NCBI RefSeq assembly: GCF_900128735.1
Contig: NZ_LT667503.1
Span: 1 to 32,000 of the forward strand
Direction: 5' to 3'
From: Candidatus Saccharimonadota bacterium
Lineage (GTDB): Bacteria; Pseudomonadota; Gammaproteobacteria; Enterobacterales; Enterobacteriaceae
Length of the DNA: 32,000 nucleotides
Part shown: positions 1 to 11,966 of the stretch, piece after piece
Numbering within the stretch: the first letter of the stretch is position 1
Layout: each line of letters opens with the position of its first letter
The notes under the pieces: generated by a model
What the model saw: the letters and a program-made list of their open reading frames with translations, nothing else
Told to the model about the DNA's origin: nothing
The model's database searches: none
Position numbers and translations under genes: made by a program

Positions 1-9
1 TTATCCACA
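1..9 (+). promoter_or_regulatory. DnaA box, perfect TTATCCACA (oriC element)
   Basis: Exact 9-mer TTATCCACA at positions 1-9, identical to the high-affinity E. coli consensus. It lies upstream of mnmG(gidA), the side on which enterobacterial oriC sits. Confidence 0.75.
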
Positions 10-54
10 AGATAAATAATGAAAATATTCTTAATTATCAATGTTATTTTTTAG

Positions 55-63
55 TTATCCACA
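55..63 (+). promoter_or_regulatory. DnaA box, perfect TTATCCACA (oriC element)
   Basis: Second exact TTATCCACA in the same orientation, 54 bp from the first, followed by a nearly GC-free stretch (64-180). Confidence 0.75.
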
Positions 64-122
64 AATTTTATGTTTACTAATAATAATTACTTTTATTTTT
101 TTTTTTATTTTTTAAAAACAAG

Positions 123-164
123 TATACTTATTTAAATTAAGAATTTTGTATTTAAATAAGTATA
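123..164. repeat. Perfect 15-bp inverted repeat with 12-nt spacer in the origin-adjacent AT-rich region
   Basis: TATACTTATTTAAAT (123-137) is the exact reverse complement of ATTTAAATAAGTATA (150-164). I checked all 15 pairs by hand; the flanking positions do not pair. Confidence 0.8.
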
Positions 165-294
165 TATATGTATTGTCTAAAAGAGGAATAAAATGTATTA
201 TGTTGAGGGGAAAACTAAGAATGAAGAGGGAAAATAAGTATTTTATTCTCTAAAAGATTAAAGGAAAGAAAATAAAGAGAGGTAAAGAGGAAAA

Positions 295-2175
295 GTGGGT
301 AATCGAAAACATATAGGAGTTATAGTAGTAGGAGCTGGTCATGCGGGTTCTGAGGCTTCCGCTGCTTCGGCGCGAATGGGTGTAAAAACAGTTTTAATAA
401 CTCAGAAGCTTAGTACTGTCGGAGTACTATCTTGTAATCCTGCTATTGGAGGAATAGGTAAAAGTCAATTGGTAAAGGAAATAGATGCTATGGGTGGTTT
501 GATGGCTATTACTACTGATTATTCTGGAATACAATTTAAGGTACTTAATTCTAGCAAAGGCGCTGCAGTTCGATCTACTCGCGCTCAAGTAGATCGGGGA
601 TTATATAAAAAAAAATTACAAAAATTTTTGCAGTTACAAAAAAATCTTGAGATAATTGAATCAGAAGTATATGATCTTATTATTAAAAAAGGAGTAGTGC
701 GAGGAGTTATTCTTAATAATAATATTGAAATTTTTAGTGATATTGTGATTTTGACTACTGGTACTTTTTTAAATGGAAAGATTTTTACTGGTTTATGTGA
801 AAAACCGGGGGGACGTATTAAAGATAAGCCGTCTGTTTCATTGGCTCAGAAGTTAAAAAATTTTCCTTTTCGTTTTGGTCGTTTAAAAACAGGTACCCCT
901 CCGAGATTATTAGCTAGTAGTATTAATTTTACTAATTTAGAAAAACAAATCGGAGATGTTCCAGTGCCTTCTTTTTCTTTTTTAGGTAATAATATTCAAC
1001 ATCCTAAGCAAATTCCTTGTTATATGACGTATACTAATTGTAATACTCATGAAATTATTCGTGCTAATTTAAGTTCTAGTCCTATTTATATGGGGTCCAT
1101 TGTAGGTCCTGGTCCGCGATATTGCCCTTCTATAGAAGATAAAATATTTCGTTTTTCCAGCAAAAATAGACATCAAATTTTTTTAGAACCAGAAAGTTTA
1201 GATTGTAAGATATATTATCCTAATGGTATATCTACGAGTTTACCAGCATTTGTACAAGAGAAATTTATTAAGACTATAGTCGGTTTAGAAAATGTTCAAA
1301 TTATTCAACCAGGGTATGCGGTAGAATATGATTACTTTGATCCAAGAGATTTAAAATTAACTTTAGAGTCTAAAATTTTAAAAAATTTATTTTTTGCAGG
1401 ACAAATTAATGGTACAACCGGTTATGAAGAAGCAGGATCTCAAGGATTATTAGCTGGAATAAATGCTGCTCTACGGGTTTTAGGAAGGAAACATTGGTAT
1501 CCGCGTCGAGATCAGGCTTATATTGGTGTTTTGGTGGATGATTTATGCAATAAAGGAACAATGGAGCCTTATCGTATGTTTACTTCTCGTGCAGAGCATA
1601 GGTTGCTTTTAAGAGAAGAAAATGCTGATTTTCGTTTGACTGAAATTGCTCATCAATTTGGATTAATATGTGATCGTAGGTGGAAGAGATTTTGTGAAAA
1701 AAAAGATTTTATTTTGAATGAATATTTATTTTTAAAGCAGGAAATCATTTCAAAAGAAAAAATAGAAAAATATTGTAGAAATAAAAATCTTTCAATTCAG
1801 ATTTCTAATAATATTGCTGCGATTGATTTACTGCGTAGACCAGGAATTTCTTATTTATTACTTATGGATTTAATTAATCGACCATTAACTTTTTTAATAA
1901 AACGTATAGAAGATGTTTTTGAATTAGAAGCACAAATAAAATACTCAGGGTATATAGAAAGACAAAAATTAGAAATTGATAAACAAAAAAGGTTTGAATT
2001 TATTAATTTACCTGTAAATTTCAATTATAAGTGTGTCTTAGGATTATCTAATGAGGTAATTATGAAATTAAATGAATATCAACCTATGACTTTAGGGCAA
2101 GCATCTCGTATTCCTGGGGTTACCCCTGCTGCAATTTCTATTTTATTAGTTTTTTTAAAAAAAAATACTTTTTAA
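295..2175 (+). CDS. mnmG: tRNA uridine-5-carboxymethylaminomethyl modification enzyme MnmG (GidA)
   Basis: 626 aa. It has the FAD-binding N-terminus [11 protein letters not shown] and aligns with E. coli MnmG along its length ([55 protein letters not shown]). GTG start at 295 is preceded by GAGG at 287-290. Confidence 0.95.
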   Translation: MGNRKHIGVIVVGAGHAGSEASAASARMGVKTVLITQKLSTVGVLSCNPAIGGIGKSQLVKEIDAMGGLMAITTDYSGIQFKVLNSSKGAAVRSTRAQVDRGLYKKKLQKFLQLQKNLEIIESEVYDLIIKKGVVRGVILNNNIEIFSDIVILTTGTFLNGKIFTGLCEKPGGRIKDKPSVSLAQKLKNFPFRFGRLKTGTPPRLLASSINFTNLEKQIGDVPVPSFSFLGNNIQHPKQIPCYMTYTNCNTHEIIRANLSSSPIYMGSIVGPGPRYCPSIEDKIFRFSSKNRHQIFLEPESLDCKIYYPNGISTSLPAFVQEKFIKTIVGLENVQIIQPGYAVEYDYFDPRDLKLTLESKILKNLFFAGQINGTTGYEEAGSQGLLAGINAALRVLGRKHWYPRRDQAYIGVLVDDLCNKGTMEPYRMFTSRAEHRLLLREENADFRLTEIAHQFGLICDRRWKRFCEKKDFILNEYLFLKQEIISKEKIEKYCRNKNLSIQISNNIAAIDLLRRPGISYLLLMDLINRPLTFLIKRIEDVFELEAQIKYSGYIERQKLEIDKQKRFEFINLPVNFNYKCVLGLSNEVIMKLNEYQPMTLGQASRIPGVTPAAISILLVFLKKNTF

Positions 2176-2337
2176 TTTCTTAAAATTTGATGGATAGAAA
2201 GATATTGTTTTTTTTAGTATAAAAATTTTTATTTTTTTTAACTACTTTTTTTTAGATTTTTTTTATAAAACTATATCTTTAATTTATTTTTTTTTTTCAA
2301 TTATTTAGTAGATTTTTTAAATTCATATAATAGATAA

Positions 2338-2366
2338 TCGGCAGGTTTTTCCTACCGAATTTTTTT
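2338..2366. terminator. Hairpin between convergent mnmG and gyrB, probably a bidirectional intrinsic terminator
   Basis: TCGGCAGG (2338-2345) pairs with CCTACCGA (2351-2358) around a TTTTT loop. There is one C-A mismatch in the + transcript, which becomes a G-U wobble in the - transcript. A T-run follows on the + strand and an A-run precedes it. It sits 26 nt past the gyrB stop. Confidence 0.5.
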
Positions 2367-2391
2367 AATAATATTAATTTTTTGAATTTTT

Positions 2392-4920
<2,529 letters not shown>

Positions 4921-4958
4921 TTATTTATAGAAATTTAGTTTTTTTAGTAATATATTTC

Positions 4959-6065
4959 TTATAATCGTAGAGGCATAATTATATAAAAAATATTTTTTTC
5001 TTCTAAAGATTGAATTTGAATTTTGATTACAGGAATATCTAAAATAAAATAAATAATTTTACTTTTTAAGACATTTAAAACATCTAATAGGTAAAAAATG
5101 TTTATGGAGAATTTAATTTTTTCATCATTATATTGAATATTAAAAGAATCTTTTGATTCTTCATCTTCTTGGTTTTTTGATCTTATTTTTAGTAAGTTGT
5201 TATAAAACTTAAGAGATATTCCTTTAAAATTAGTGTCGCATAGTATTGAGGTGCGTAACAAAGCTTTTTTTAGTTTTTCCAGTGATACAGGAATGCTTTT
5301 TATTGGTTTTTTTATGATAATTTCATGATAATTAGGAAAGTTTCCGTCGATTATTTTAGTAATAAGAGATATATTTTTAATACAAAATAATATTTGATTT
5401 TTATTAATAATTATTTTAACTGTTTTTTCTTTTTCTGCTAATAATTGAGATAATTCAAGAATACTTTTTTTACTTAAAATCATTGAAAATGAATTTATTG
5501 GAATGAATATTTTTTCTTTATACATTGCTAAACGATGACCATCTGTAGCTACTCCATATAAATAGTTATTATGATATTCTAAAAGTAAGCCATTTAAGCA
5601 GTTTCGAATGTCGTGGTTTGCTATAGAAAATTGAGTAAAAGAAATAATTTTTTTGAGTAAATTTTGCGGTATAGTGATTTCCTTTTTTTCGGTATATTTT
5701 GGAAATTTTGGAAATTTTTTTGTAGATAATGTTATTAAATAAAAAATATTATTTATTATTTGAATTTTTATTTTTTTATTAATTAATTTAAAATTTAAAT
5801 TAGTTTCTTTAGGCGCGTTTCGACAGATATGTAATAATTTCTTTCCAGAAATGCTTGTATTTCCTGCTTTAAAAAATGAGTAATGTTTATGACTTATGTT
5901 AATATTTATTTCTATTTCTAAGTTAGATGATGTTAACTTTAATCTATCTTGATTAATATTTATTAAAATATTTTCTAAAATAGGAAAAATTGGATTTTTT
6001 GTTATAATATTAACAATTTTTTTAATATGTATTAGTAATATTTCTTTTTTTATGATAAATTTCAT
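4959..6065 (-). CDS. dnaN: DNA polymerase III beta sliding clamp
   Basis: 368 aa (E. coli 366). It has the MKF N-terminus, the ATDGHRLA motif and a C-terminal MPLRL matching E. coli MPMRL. It lies 4 bp downstream of dnaA. Confidence 0.92.
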   Translation of the reverse strand: MKFIIKKEILLIHIKKIVNIITKNPIFPILENILININQDRLKLTSSNLEIEININISHKHYSFFKAGNTSISGKKLLHICRNAPKETNLNFKLINKKIKIQIINNIFYLITLSTKKFPKFPKYTEKKEITIPQNLLKKIISFTQFSIANHDIRNCLNGLLLEYHNNYLYGVATDGHRLAMYKEKIFIPINSFSMILSKKSILELSQLLAEKEKTVKIIINKNQILFCIKNISLITKIIDGNFPNYHEIIIKKPIKSIPVSLEKLKKALLRTSILCDTNFKGISLKFYNNLLKIRSKNQEDEESKDSFNIQYNDEKIKFSINIFYLLDVLNVLKSKIIYFILDIPVIKIQIQSLEEKNIFYIIMPLRL

Positions 6066-6069
6066 ATTA

Positions 6070-7449
6070 TTATGAGGTTAATTGATAAGATAAATTTAAA
6101 AAATCATGATGAATTTTTTTGTTTTTTTCAGATAATTCTTTGATCTTTCTGCATGCATGTAATACAGTGGTGTGATCTTTACCACCAAAAGCCATGCCAA
6201 TTTCTGATAAACTATGATTAGTTAATTTTTTTACTAAAGCCATAGCTATTTGTCGAGGTTGTGAAATTGATCGCGTTCTTTGTTTTGATAACATATCTGA
6301 AATTTTAATGTTAAAATATTCAGCGACTAGTTTTTGAATATTTTTTATAGTTATTTTTTCTTTTTGAAAAATTAATAAATCTTGTAAGGTGCTCTGAGCT
6401 ATTTCTATATCTATATTTTTATTATTAAATAAAGCGTTATTTTGGAGTTTATTAAGTACCCCTTCTAATTCTCTAACATTAGAGCATAATTTTGTTGCTA
6501 TAAATTGCGCTACTTCGAAAGGTAATTTGATCTTTTTTTCTGATGCTTTATGTAACAGGATAGCTATTCTAGTATTTAAATCAGGTGGATTAATTGAAAT
6601 GGTTAACCCCCAACTAAATCTTGATTTTAAGCGATCCGCCATACCATTAATATCTTTGGGGTAACGATCTGAGGTTAAAATTATTTTTTGTTCCTTATCA
6701 AATAACGCATTAAATGTATGAAACAATTCTTCTTGTGATCTTTCTTTATTAGAAAAAAATTGAATGTCATCTATCATTAAAACGTCTACAGATCTATAAT
6801 ATTTTTTAAATTCTTCAATGGAGTTATTTTTTAGTGATTTTACCATATTTTGAACAAAACGTTCAGAATGAATATAAATAACTTTTGCAGTGTTTTTTTT
6901 TTTTAAAATAAAATTTCCAATAGCATGTAATAAATGTGTTTTTCCAAGTCCAGTATTTCCATATAAAAATAATGGATTATATGATGTTTTTAAATTTTTA
7001 GCTAGTTGATAAGATGAATATCGGGCTAATCGATTTGATTCTCCTTCAATAAAGTTATCAAAACAGTATTTTTTATTAATTTCTGTGTGATAATATGATT
7101 TAATGTAGTGTATATTATGATTAAAACTTTTTTTATTTATTTTTTTTTGGTTTAATGAATTGTATTTTGAATAATATGTATTAGTAGTGATTAAATGTTT
7201 AGTTGTAATTTCGTCTATTTTTAATGTTAGTAAAATATTTTTTTTTTTACTGAATTTATTTAATAAATTTTTAAAATAATGTATATATTTATTTTTTACC
7301 CAATCTAAAACAAAGTGATTTGGTGCAAATAAATGTAAAGCATCTTTTTTTACTTTTGCCCTTAATGGACGAATCCACATACTAAATTCTGTAGGTAAAA
7401 GTTTTTTTTGTAAATGGTTTAAGCATTTTTTCCAAATTAAAAGAGACAC
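6070..7449 (-). CDS. dnaA: Chromosomal replication initiator DnaA
   Basis: 459 aa. The N-terminus [29 protein letters not shown] matches E. coli [29 protein letters not shown]. It has a Walker A [13 protein letters not shown] and the C-terminal DNA-binding helix [15 protein letters not shown]. GTG start as in E. coli, with GGAG about 10 nt upstream. Confidence 0.95.
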   Translation of the reverse strand: [459 protein letters not shown]

Positions 7450-7833
7450 AGATAAGGCTCCAAAAAAATAATATTAATTTTCATAAGATTTTTTTTCTAT
7501 TAAAAAGAATATATATAAATGATTTTTAAAAACTATTTATTTATATATAGAGAGCTTTTACAATTTTTTTTAAGAGAAAGATACCTCACAATTAATATCT
7601 ATAATTGATAGATAAAAGCATATGAAGATTTTTTTTAAAATTTAATAAAAATACTATTTTTATTATAAGTAAATATATTTTATTTGGTTATTTAAAATTA
7701 ATTTTTATTAAAAAATAATTGTTTGAGATTTGGCTTGATTATTTTTAGATAATATGAAAATTTTTTGTAAATATATTTTTATTTATAAATCGTTTATTAG
7801 TAATTTATAAATGTATTAGAAGGATTTTAAGAT

Positions 7834-7968
7834 ATGAAACGTACTTTTCAACCGTCAAAGATAAAGCGAGCTAGATCTCATGGTTTTCGTGCGCGTATGG
7901 CTTCAAAAAATGGTCGTCACATTTTATCTCGTCGTCGTATTAAATTGCGTTCTCGCTTGTGTGTTTAA
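7834..7968 (+). CDS. rpmH: 50S ribosomal protein L34
   Basis: Not in the ORF track because it is too short. My manual translation gives [44 protein letters not shown] (44 aa), a typical L34. AGGA lies upstream, and the gene is in the conserved position divergent from dnaA and upstream of rnpA. Confidence 0.93.
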   Translation: MKRTFQPSKIKRARSHGFRARMASKNGRHILSRRRIKLRSRLCV

Positions 7969-8003
7969 AAAAATTTCTTAATTTTAATTGACCTTAAAAT
8001 AAT

Positions 8004-8342
8004 ATGTGTAATTATTTTTTCAAAAAACAAAGTCGATTATTATCTACTTTACAGTTTCAAATTGTTTATAGAAAACACGTCAAAGTTATTAAATCGGAAT
8101 TTATTTATTTAGGTAGAATAAATGGTTTAAATTTTCCTAGGTTAGGAATTTCTATATCTAAAAAGAAAATTAAAAAATCGCATGATCGAAATCGAATTAA
8201 ACGTCTAATTCGAGAAAGTTTCCGTTCCAAACAAAATAAATTAATATCGATGGATATAGTTATAATTGTTAAGAAAGATTTAAAATTAAAAGATAATAAA
8301 TTTATTATACATAGATTACAGAACTTATGGATATATAAATAA
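8004..8342 (+). CDS. rnpA: RNase P protein component
   Basis: 112 aa. It contains FPRLGISISKKKIKKSHDRNRIKRLIRESFR, matching the E. coli RnpA RNR motif (HERNRIKRLTRESFR), and sits in the conserved rpmH-rnpA arrangement. Confidence 0.9.
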   Translation: MCNYFFKKQSRLLSTLQFQIVYRKHVKVIKSEFIYLGRINGLNFPRLGISISKKKIKKSHDRNRIKRLIRESFRSKQNKLISMDIVIIVKKDLKLKDNKFIIHRLQNLWIYK

Positions 8343-8433
8343 AATTATTTTTTTGATAAAGGAACTCGGTGAAATTCGGAGACTTCTGTTTTTTTTAAAA
8401 AGAAGGGCTATTTTTTTTTTAAAAACTTAGATA

Positions 8434-10071
8434 ATGAGAATATCTATGATTAATCGTCGATATGGTTATGTAGTATTGTTATTATTTTTATTATTTTTTT
8501 GTTTTTTTATAAATATTTTTCAAAAAAATATTTTTTATGTAATTCAAAAAAACAGATTATTGCATGAAGATACAATAAATATTTCTAAACCATGGCTTAA
8601 TAAAGAAAAAGCGCAGTTAATAAATATAAGTACTGATGTATTATCTTTAGATATTAATTTATTAGGTGGAAATATTGAACATGCAGAATTATTAAATTAT
8701 AAAAAAAACTGTAATAAAAAAGGATTTTTTACATTATTCAATAACAAAAAAAATTTTTTTTATAAAATGAATAGCGGTATTCTTAAAAAGAATACGTCAA
8801 ATGTTATTGAAAAAATGAGTCCGATTTTATATCAAGTTTCATCGGTTTTATATCAGTTAAAAAAGAATAAAGATACACTTAATGTTTGTTTAACTTCGAA
8901 ATTAAAGGACGGTGTAATATATAAAAAAGTATTTTTTTTAAAACGTGGATCTTATAAAATACGAATAAGGAACTTTATTTATAATAATACCAATCAAACA
9001 ATAAATGCGGTAGTTTTTGGAGAATTACAAAAAAATACTTCATTAATTAAAAAATATAGCTTTCTAAAAAGTTTTTTTAATTTACAAACTTTCCGAGGAA
9101 TTTCATATTCAGCAGATGATAAAAAGTATATTAAGGTAAGTTTTGACGATTTAAAGGATTCGTCGAGTTTTTATCTAAAAATAAATCAAGGATGGATAGC
9201 AATGCAGCAACAATATTTTTTAACAGCATGGATACCAAACTTTTCTCATGGATATACAATTTATCTTTATAAGATATATGATTATTTAACATCTGTTGGT
9301 TTTTTTTCTAAAAATCAAAAAATTGCGCCTTATTCATCGTCTTTTTCTTCATCAAGTATTTGGATAGGACCAAATTTACAAAAACAAGTTTCTTTATTAG
9401 CTAAAAATACAAATTGTATTATGGACTATGGATGGTTATGGTTTATTTCAAGACCATTATTTCACTTACTAAGTTTTTTTTATTCTTTTTGTAAAAATTG
9501 GGGTTTAGCTATAATATTTATTACATGTTTTATTAAAATAATGACATATTCATTAATTAAATCGCAATATTTAGCGATGATGAAAATTAAAAAATTACAA
9601 ACTAAAGTAGAAATGATTAAAGAAAAATTTTTTAATGATACACAAAAAATTAATAAAGAAATATTACGATTGTATAAATCTGAAAATATTAATCCATTAA
9701 GTAGTTTTTTCCCAAATTTAATTCAAATGCCTATTTTTTTAGCTTTGTATTATGTCTTAACATTAGCTGTTGAATTAAGGCACGCACCATTTTTTTTATG
9801 GATTCAAGATTTATCTGATTTTGATCCTTTTTTTATTTTACCTTTATTAACCGGAATTAGTTTTTTAGGTATACAGATAAGCAATGAAAGTAATCCAAGA
9901 TATTTATCTTATAATAAAATTCTTTTTATTTTTCCAGTATTATCAGCTGTATTCTTTTTATGGTTTCCATCTGGTTTAGTATTATATTACTTAATTAACA
10001 ATGTAGTTACTATAATTCAGCAATATTTTATAAAAAAAATTTTTATTCAGAATAAAAAAAATATTTTATAA
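8434..10071 (+). CDS. yidC: Membrane protein insertase YidC
   Basis: 545 aa (E. coli 548). It has an N-terminal TM segment, the periplasmic segment INISTDVLSLDINLLGGNIEHAELL (E. coli [24 protein letters not shown]) and a conserved C-terminal TM core. The start could instead be the Met at 8446. Confidence 0.9.
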   Translation: MRISMINRRYGYVVLLLFLLFFCFFINIFQKNIFYVIQKNRLLHEDTINISKPWLNKEKAQLINISTDVLSLDINLLGGNIEHAELLNYKKNCNKKGFFTLFNNKKNFFYKMNSGILKKNTSNVIEKMSPILYQVSSVLYQLKKNKDTLNVCLTSKLKDGVIYKKVFFLKRGSYKIRIRNFIYNNTNQTINAVVFGELQKNTSLIKKYSFLKSFFNLQTFRGISYSADDKKYIKVSFDDLKDSSSFYLKINQGWIAMQQQYFLTAWIPNFSHGYTIYLYKIYDYLTSVGFFSKNQKIAPYSSSFSSSSIWIGPNLQKQVSLLAKNTNCIMDYGWLWFISRPLFHLLSFFYSFCKNWGLAIIFITCFIKIMTYSLIKSQYLAMMKIKKLQTKVEMIKEKFFNDTQKINKEILRLYKSENINPLSSFFPNLIQMPIFLALYYVLTLAVELRHAPFFLWIQDLSDFDPFFILPLLTGISFLGIQISNESNPRYLSYNKILFIFPVLSAVFFLWFPSGLVLYYLINNVVTIIQQYFIKKIFIQNKKNIL

Positions 10072-10160
10072 AAAAAATAATATAATTATAGTTATAATAG
10101 ATAATTATATTTGATAATATAGTATATTTTAATAAAAAATAACTTTTCTTAAAGATTAAG

Positions 10161-11531
10161 ATGATTATTAATGTGAACGATACAATTATAGCTCCTGCGA
10201 CGGCAGGAGGGAAATCAGGAATTGGAATTGTCCGTATATCTGGAAAAGAGGTTAAAAATATTATTAGTAAAATATTAAAAACTGTTCTAACTGTAAGATA
10301 TGCGCATTTTTTGCCTTTTTTTGGTTTAGATGGTAAAATTATTGATTACGGTATTGTAATTTTTTTTTCCGCTCCGCATTCATTTACGGGAGAGGATATG
10401 TTAGAATTACAGGGACATGGTAATCCATTAATATTAGATTTATTAATAAAAAATATCATTTTACTTGATAATATACGATTAGCACGTCCTGGAGAATTTT
10501 CTGAACGAGCTTTTCTTAATAAAAAAATTGATCTTGTACAAGCGGAAGCTATCATGGATTTAATTCATGCGCAATCCGAGTTAGCTGTTCAAGCGTCCCT
10601 TCAATCTTTGCAAGGTTTTTTCTCTTGTGCTATTAATAACATTTCTCTTAAATTACAGACTCTTTATTCAACTATTGAAGCATCAATAAATTTTCCAGAG
10701 GATATTAATGTAATAAATTTATTAAAAAATATTGATGATGATTTATTTGAAATTATTGAGTTATTGAAAAATTTAAAAAATAAAGCTGGTTACGGTAATA
10801 TTGTTCGGGAAGGTATAAAAATAGTTATTACAGGCGCACCAAATGTGGGTAAATCAAGTTTACTTAATTTATTAGTTAATCAAAATCTTGCTATTGTTAC
10901 TGAGTTTTCTGGTACAACGCGCGATCTTTTACGTGGTCAAATTAATATCCAGGGATTGAATTTTGAGTTAATTGATACTGCAGGAATATGTAAAAGTAAG
11001 AATATTGTTGAAAAGATCGGGATAGAATTAGCGAAAGACATGATTCAAAAAAGTGATCATATTTTTGTGGTATTAGATAGTTCACAACCCAGTTCATTGA
11101 ATGATAAAATTATTTCAAAATATGTAAAAAAATTAAATAAAAATCAAACCATAACATTAATTTTTAATAAAATTGACTTGATAAACTACCATGCTTGTAT
11201 TAAAAAATATAATAATCAGTATTTTAGTATTTTTATATCAATAAAGTGCGCTTTAGGTATTGATTTATTAAGAAAACACATGGAAGGTTTTGCATATTTT
11301 ATTGATAGTTCAGAGAATATATTTATTGCTCGTCGTAGACATTTACAAATCTTAAATAAAACTTTACTTTTATTAGAAGAGGGATTAAAAGATTGGTCTT
11401 TTTTTCATGTAATTGAATTATTATCTGAAAATTTAAGATTAGCAAATAAATTAATGGGAGAAATATCAGGAAGGTTTACGGATAAAGAATTATTAGAAAA
11501 AATTTTTTCTGAATTTTGTATTGGAAAGTAA
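10161..11531 (+). CDS. mnmE: tRNA modification GTPase MnmE (TrmE/ThdF)
   Basis: 456 aa. It has the NDTIIAPATA N-terminus (E. coli NDTIVAQAT), the G1 motif GAPNVGKSSLLN, DTAG, and the diagnostic C-terminal CIGK. Confidence 0.93.
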   Translation: MIINVNDTIIAPATAGGKSGIGIVRISGKEVKNIISKILKTVLTVRYAHFLPFFGLDGKIIDYGIVIFFSAPHSFTGEDMLELQGHGNPLILDLLIKNIILLDNIRLARPGEFSERAFLNKKIDLVQAEAIMDLIHAQSELAVQASLQSLQGFFSCAINNISLKLQTLYSTIEASINFPEDINVINLLKNIDDDLFEIIELLKNLKNKAGYGNIVREGIKIVITGAPNVGKSSLLNLLVNQNLAIVTEFSGTTRDLLRGQINIQGLNFELIDTAGICKSKNIVEKIGIELAKDMIQKSDHIFVVLDSSQPSSLNDKIISKYVKKLNKNQTITLIFNKIDLINYHACIKKYNNQYFSIFISIKCALGIDLLRKHMEGFAYFIDSSENIFIARRRHLQILNKTLLLLEEGLKDWSFFHVIELLSENLRLANKLMGEISGRFTDKELLEKIFSEFCIGK

Positions 11532-11588
11532 TTATTAAGATTTTAATGATTTTTTATTTTTTTAATTTTTTTAATTGAGATCTTTTTT

Positions 11589-11661
11589 TGCCCGGAGACG
11601 GAATTGAACCGCCGACACGGGGATTTTCAGTCCCCTGCTCTACCAACTGAGCTATCCGGGC
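11589..11661 (-). tRNA. tRNA-Phe (anticodon GAA), no genomically encoded CCA
   Basis: The reverse complement is GCCCGGATAGCTCAGTTGGTAGAGCAGGGGACTGAAAATCCCCGTGTCGGCGGTTCAATTCCGTCTCCGGGCA. It folds as a cloverleaf, has anticodon loop CUGAAAA and is near-identical to E. coli tRNA-Phe. Discriminator A is followed by AAA rather than CCA. Confidence 0.95.
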
Positions 11662-11839
11662 TTTTAAAAAATATTAAAGCATTAAATTAGAAAGCTTGTC
11701 AAGTTTTTTATTGTAAAATTTTTTTTATATTTTTTGGTTTACATTCGATAGTGTATTATTTATATTTATCTTTTTAATAAATAAGTAATAAAAGAATCTT
11801 TTAACGTATTATAGAAAATATAGTAAAATTTAGAAAGAT

Positions 11840-11870
11840 CCCCTTGAAATTCTCTATTGCCATCCATATA
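11840..11870 (+). promoter_or_regulatory. sigma32 (heat-shock) type promoter upstream of groES
   Basis: CCCCTTGAA (11840-11848), a 14-nt spacer, then TCCATATA (11863-11870). Compare the E. coli sigma32 consensus CCCTTGAA-N13-15-CCCCATNT and the E. coli groE promoter. A G/C-containing motif stands out in GC-poor intergenic DNA about 95 nt upstream of the groES ATG. Confidence 0.6.
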
Positions 11871-11966
11871 TGGTAAAATATAGATGTATATTTTTTTAAT
11901 TTTTATTTTTTATAAGATGATTTATAAAAATATTTTGTCTTTAATAATAATATAAGGATTATTTCA

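Noticed and set aside
7604-7622. Inverted repeat TATCTAT-AATTG-ATAGATA in the dnaA-rpmH divergent promoter region, considered as an operator or DnaA-related site
   Set aside because: It is only 7 bp and purely A/T plus one C/G pair, so it is expected by chance at this composition. It bears no resemblance to a DnaA box, and I found no TTATNCACA-like site anywhere in 7450-7833.
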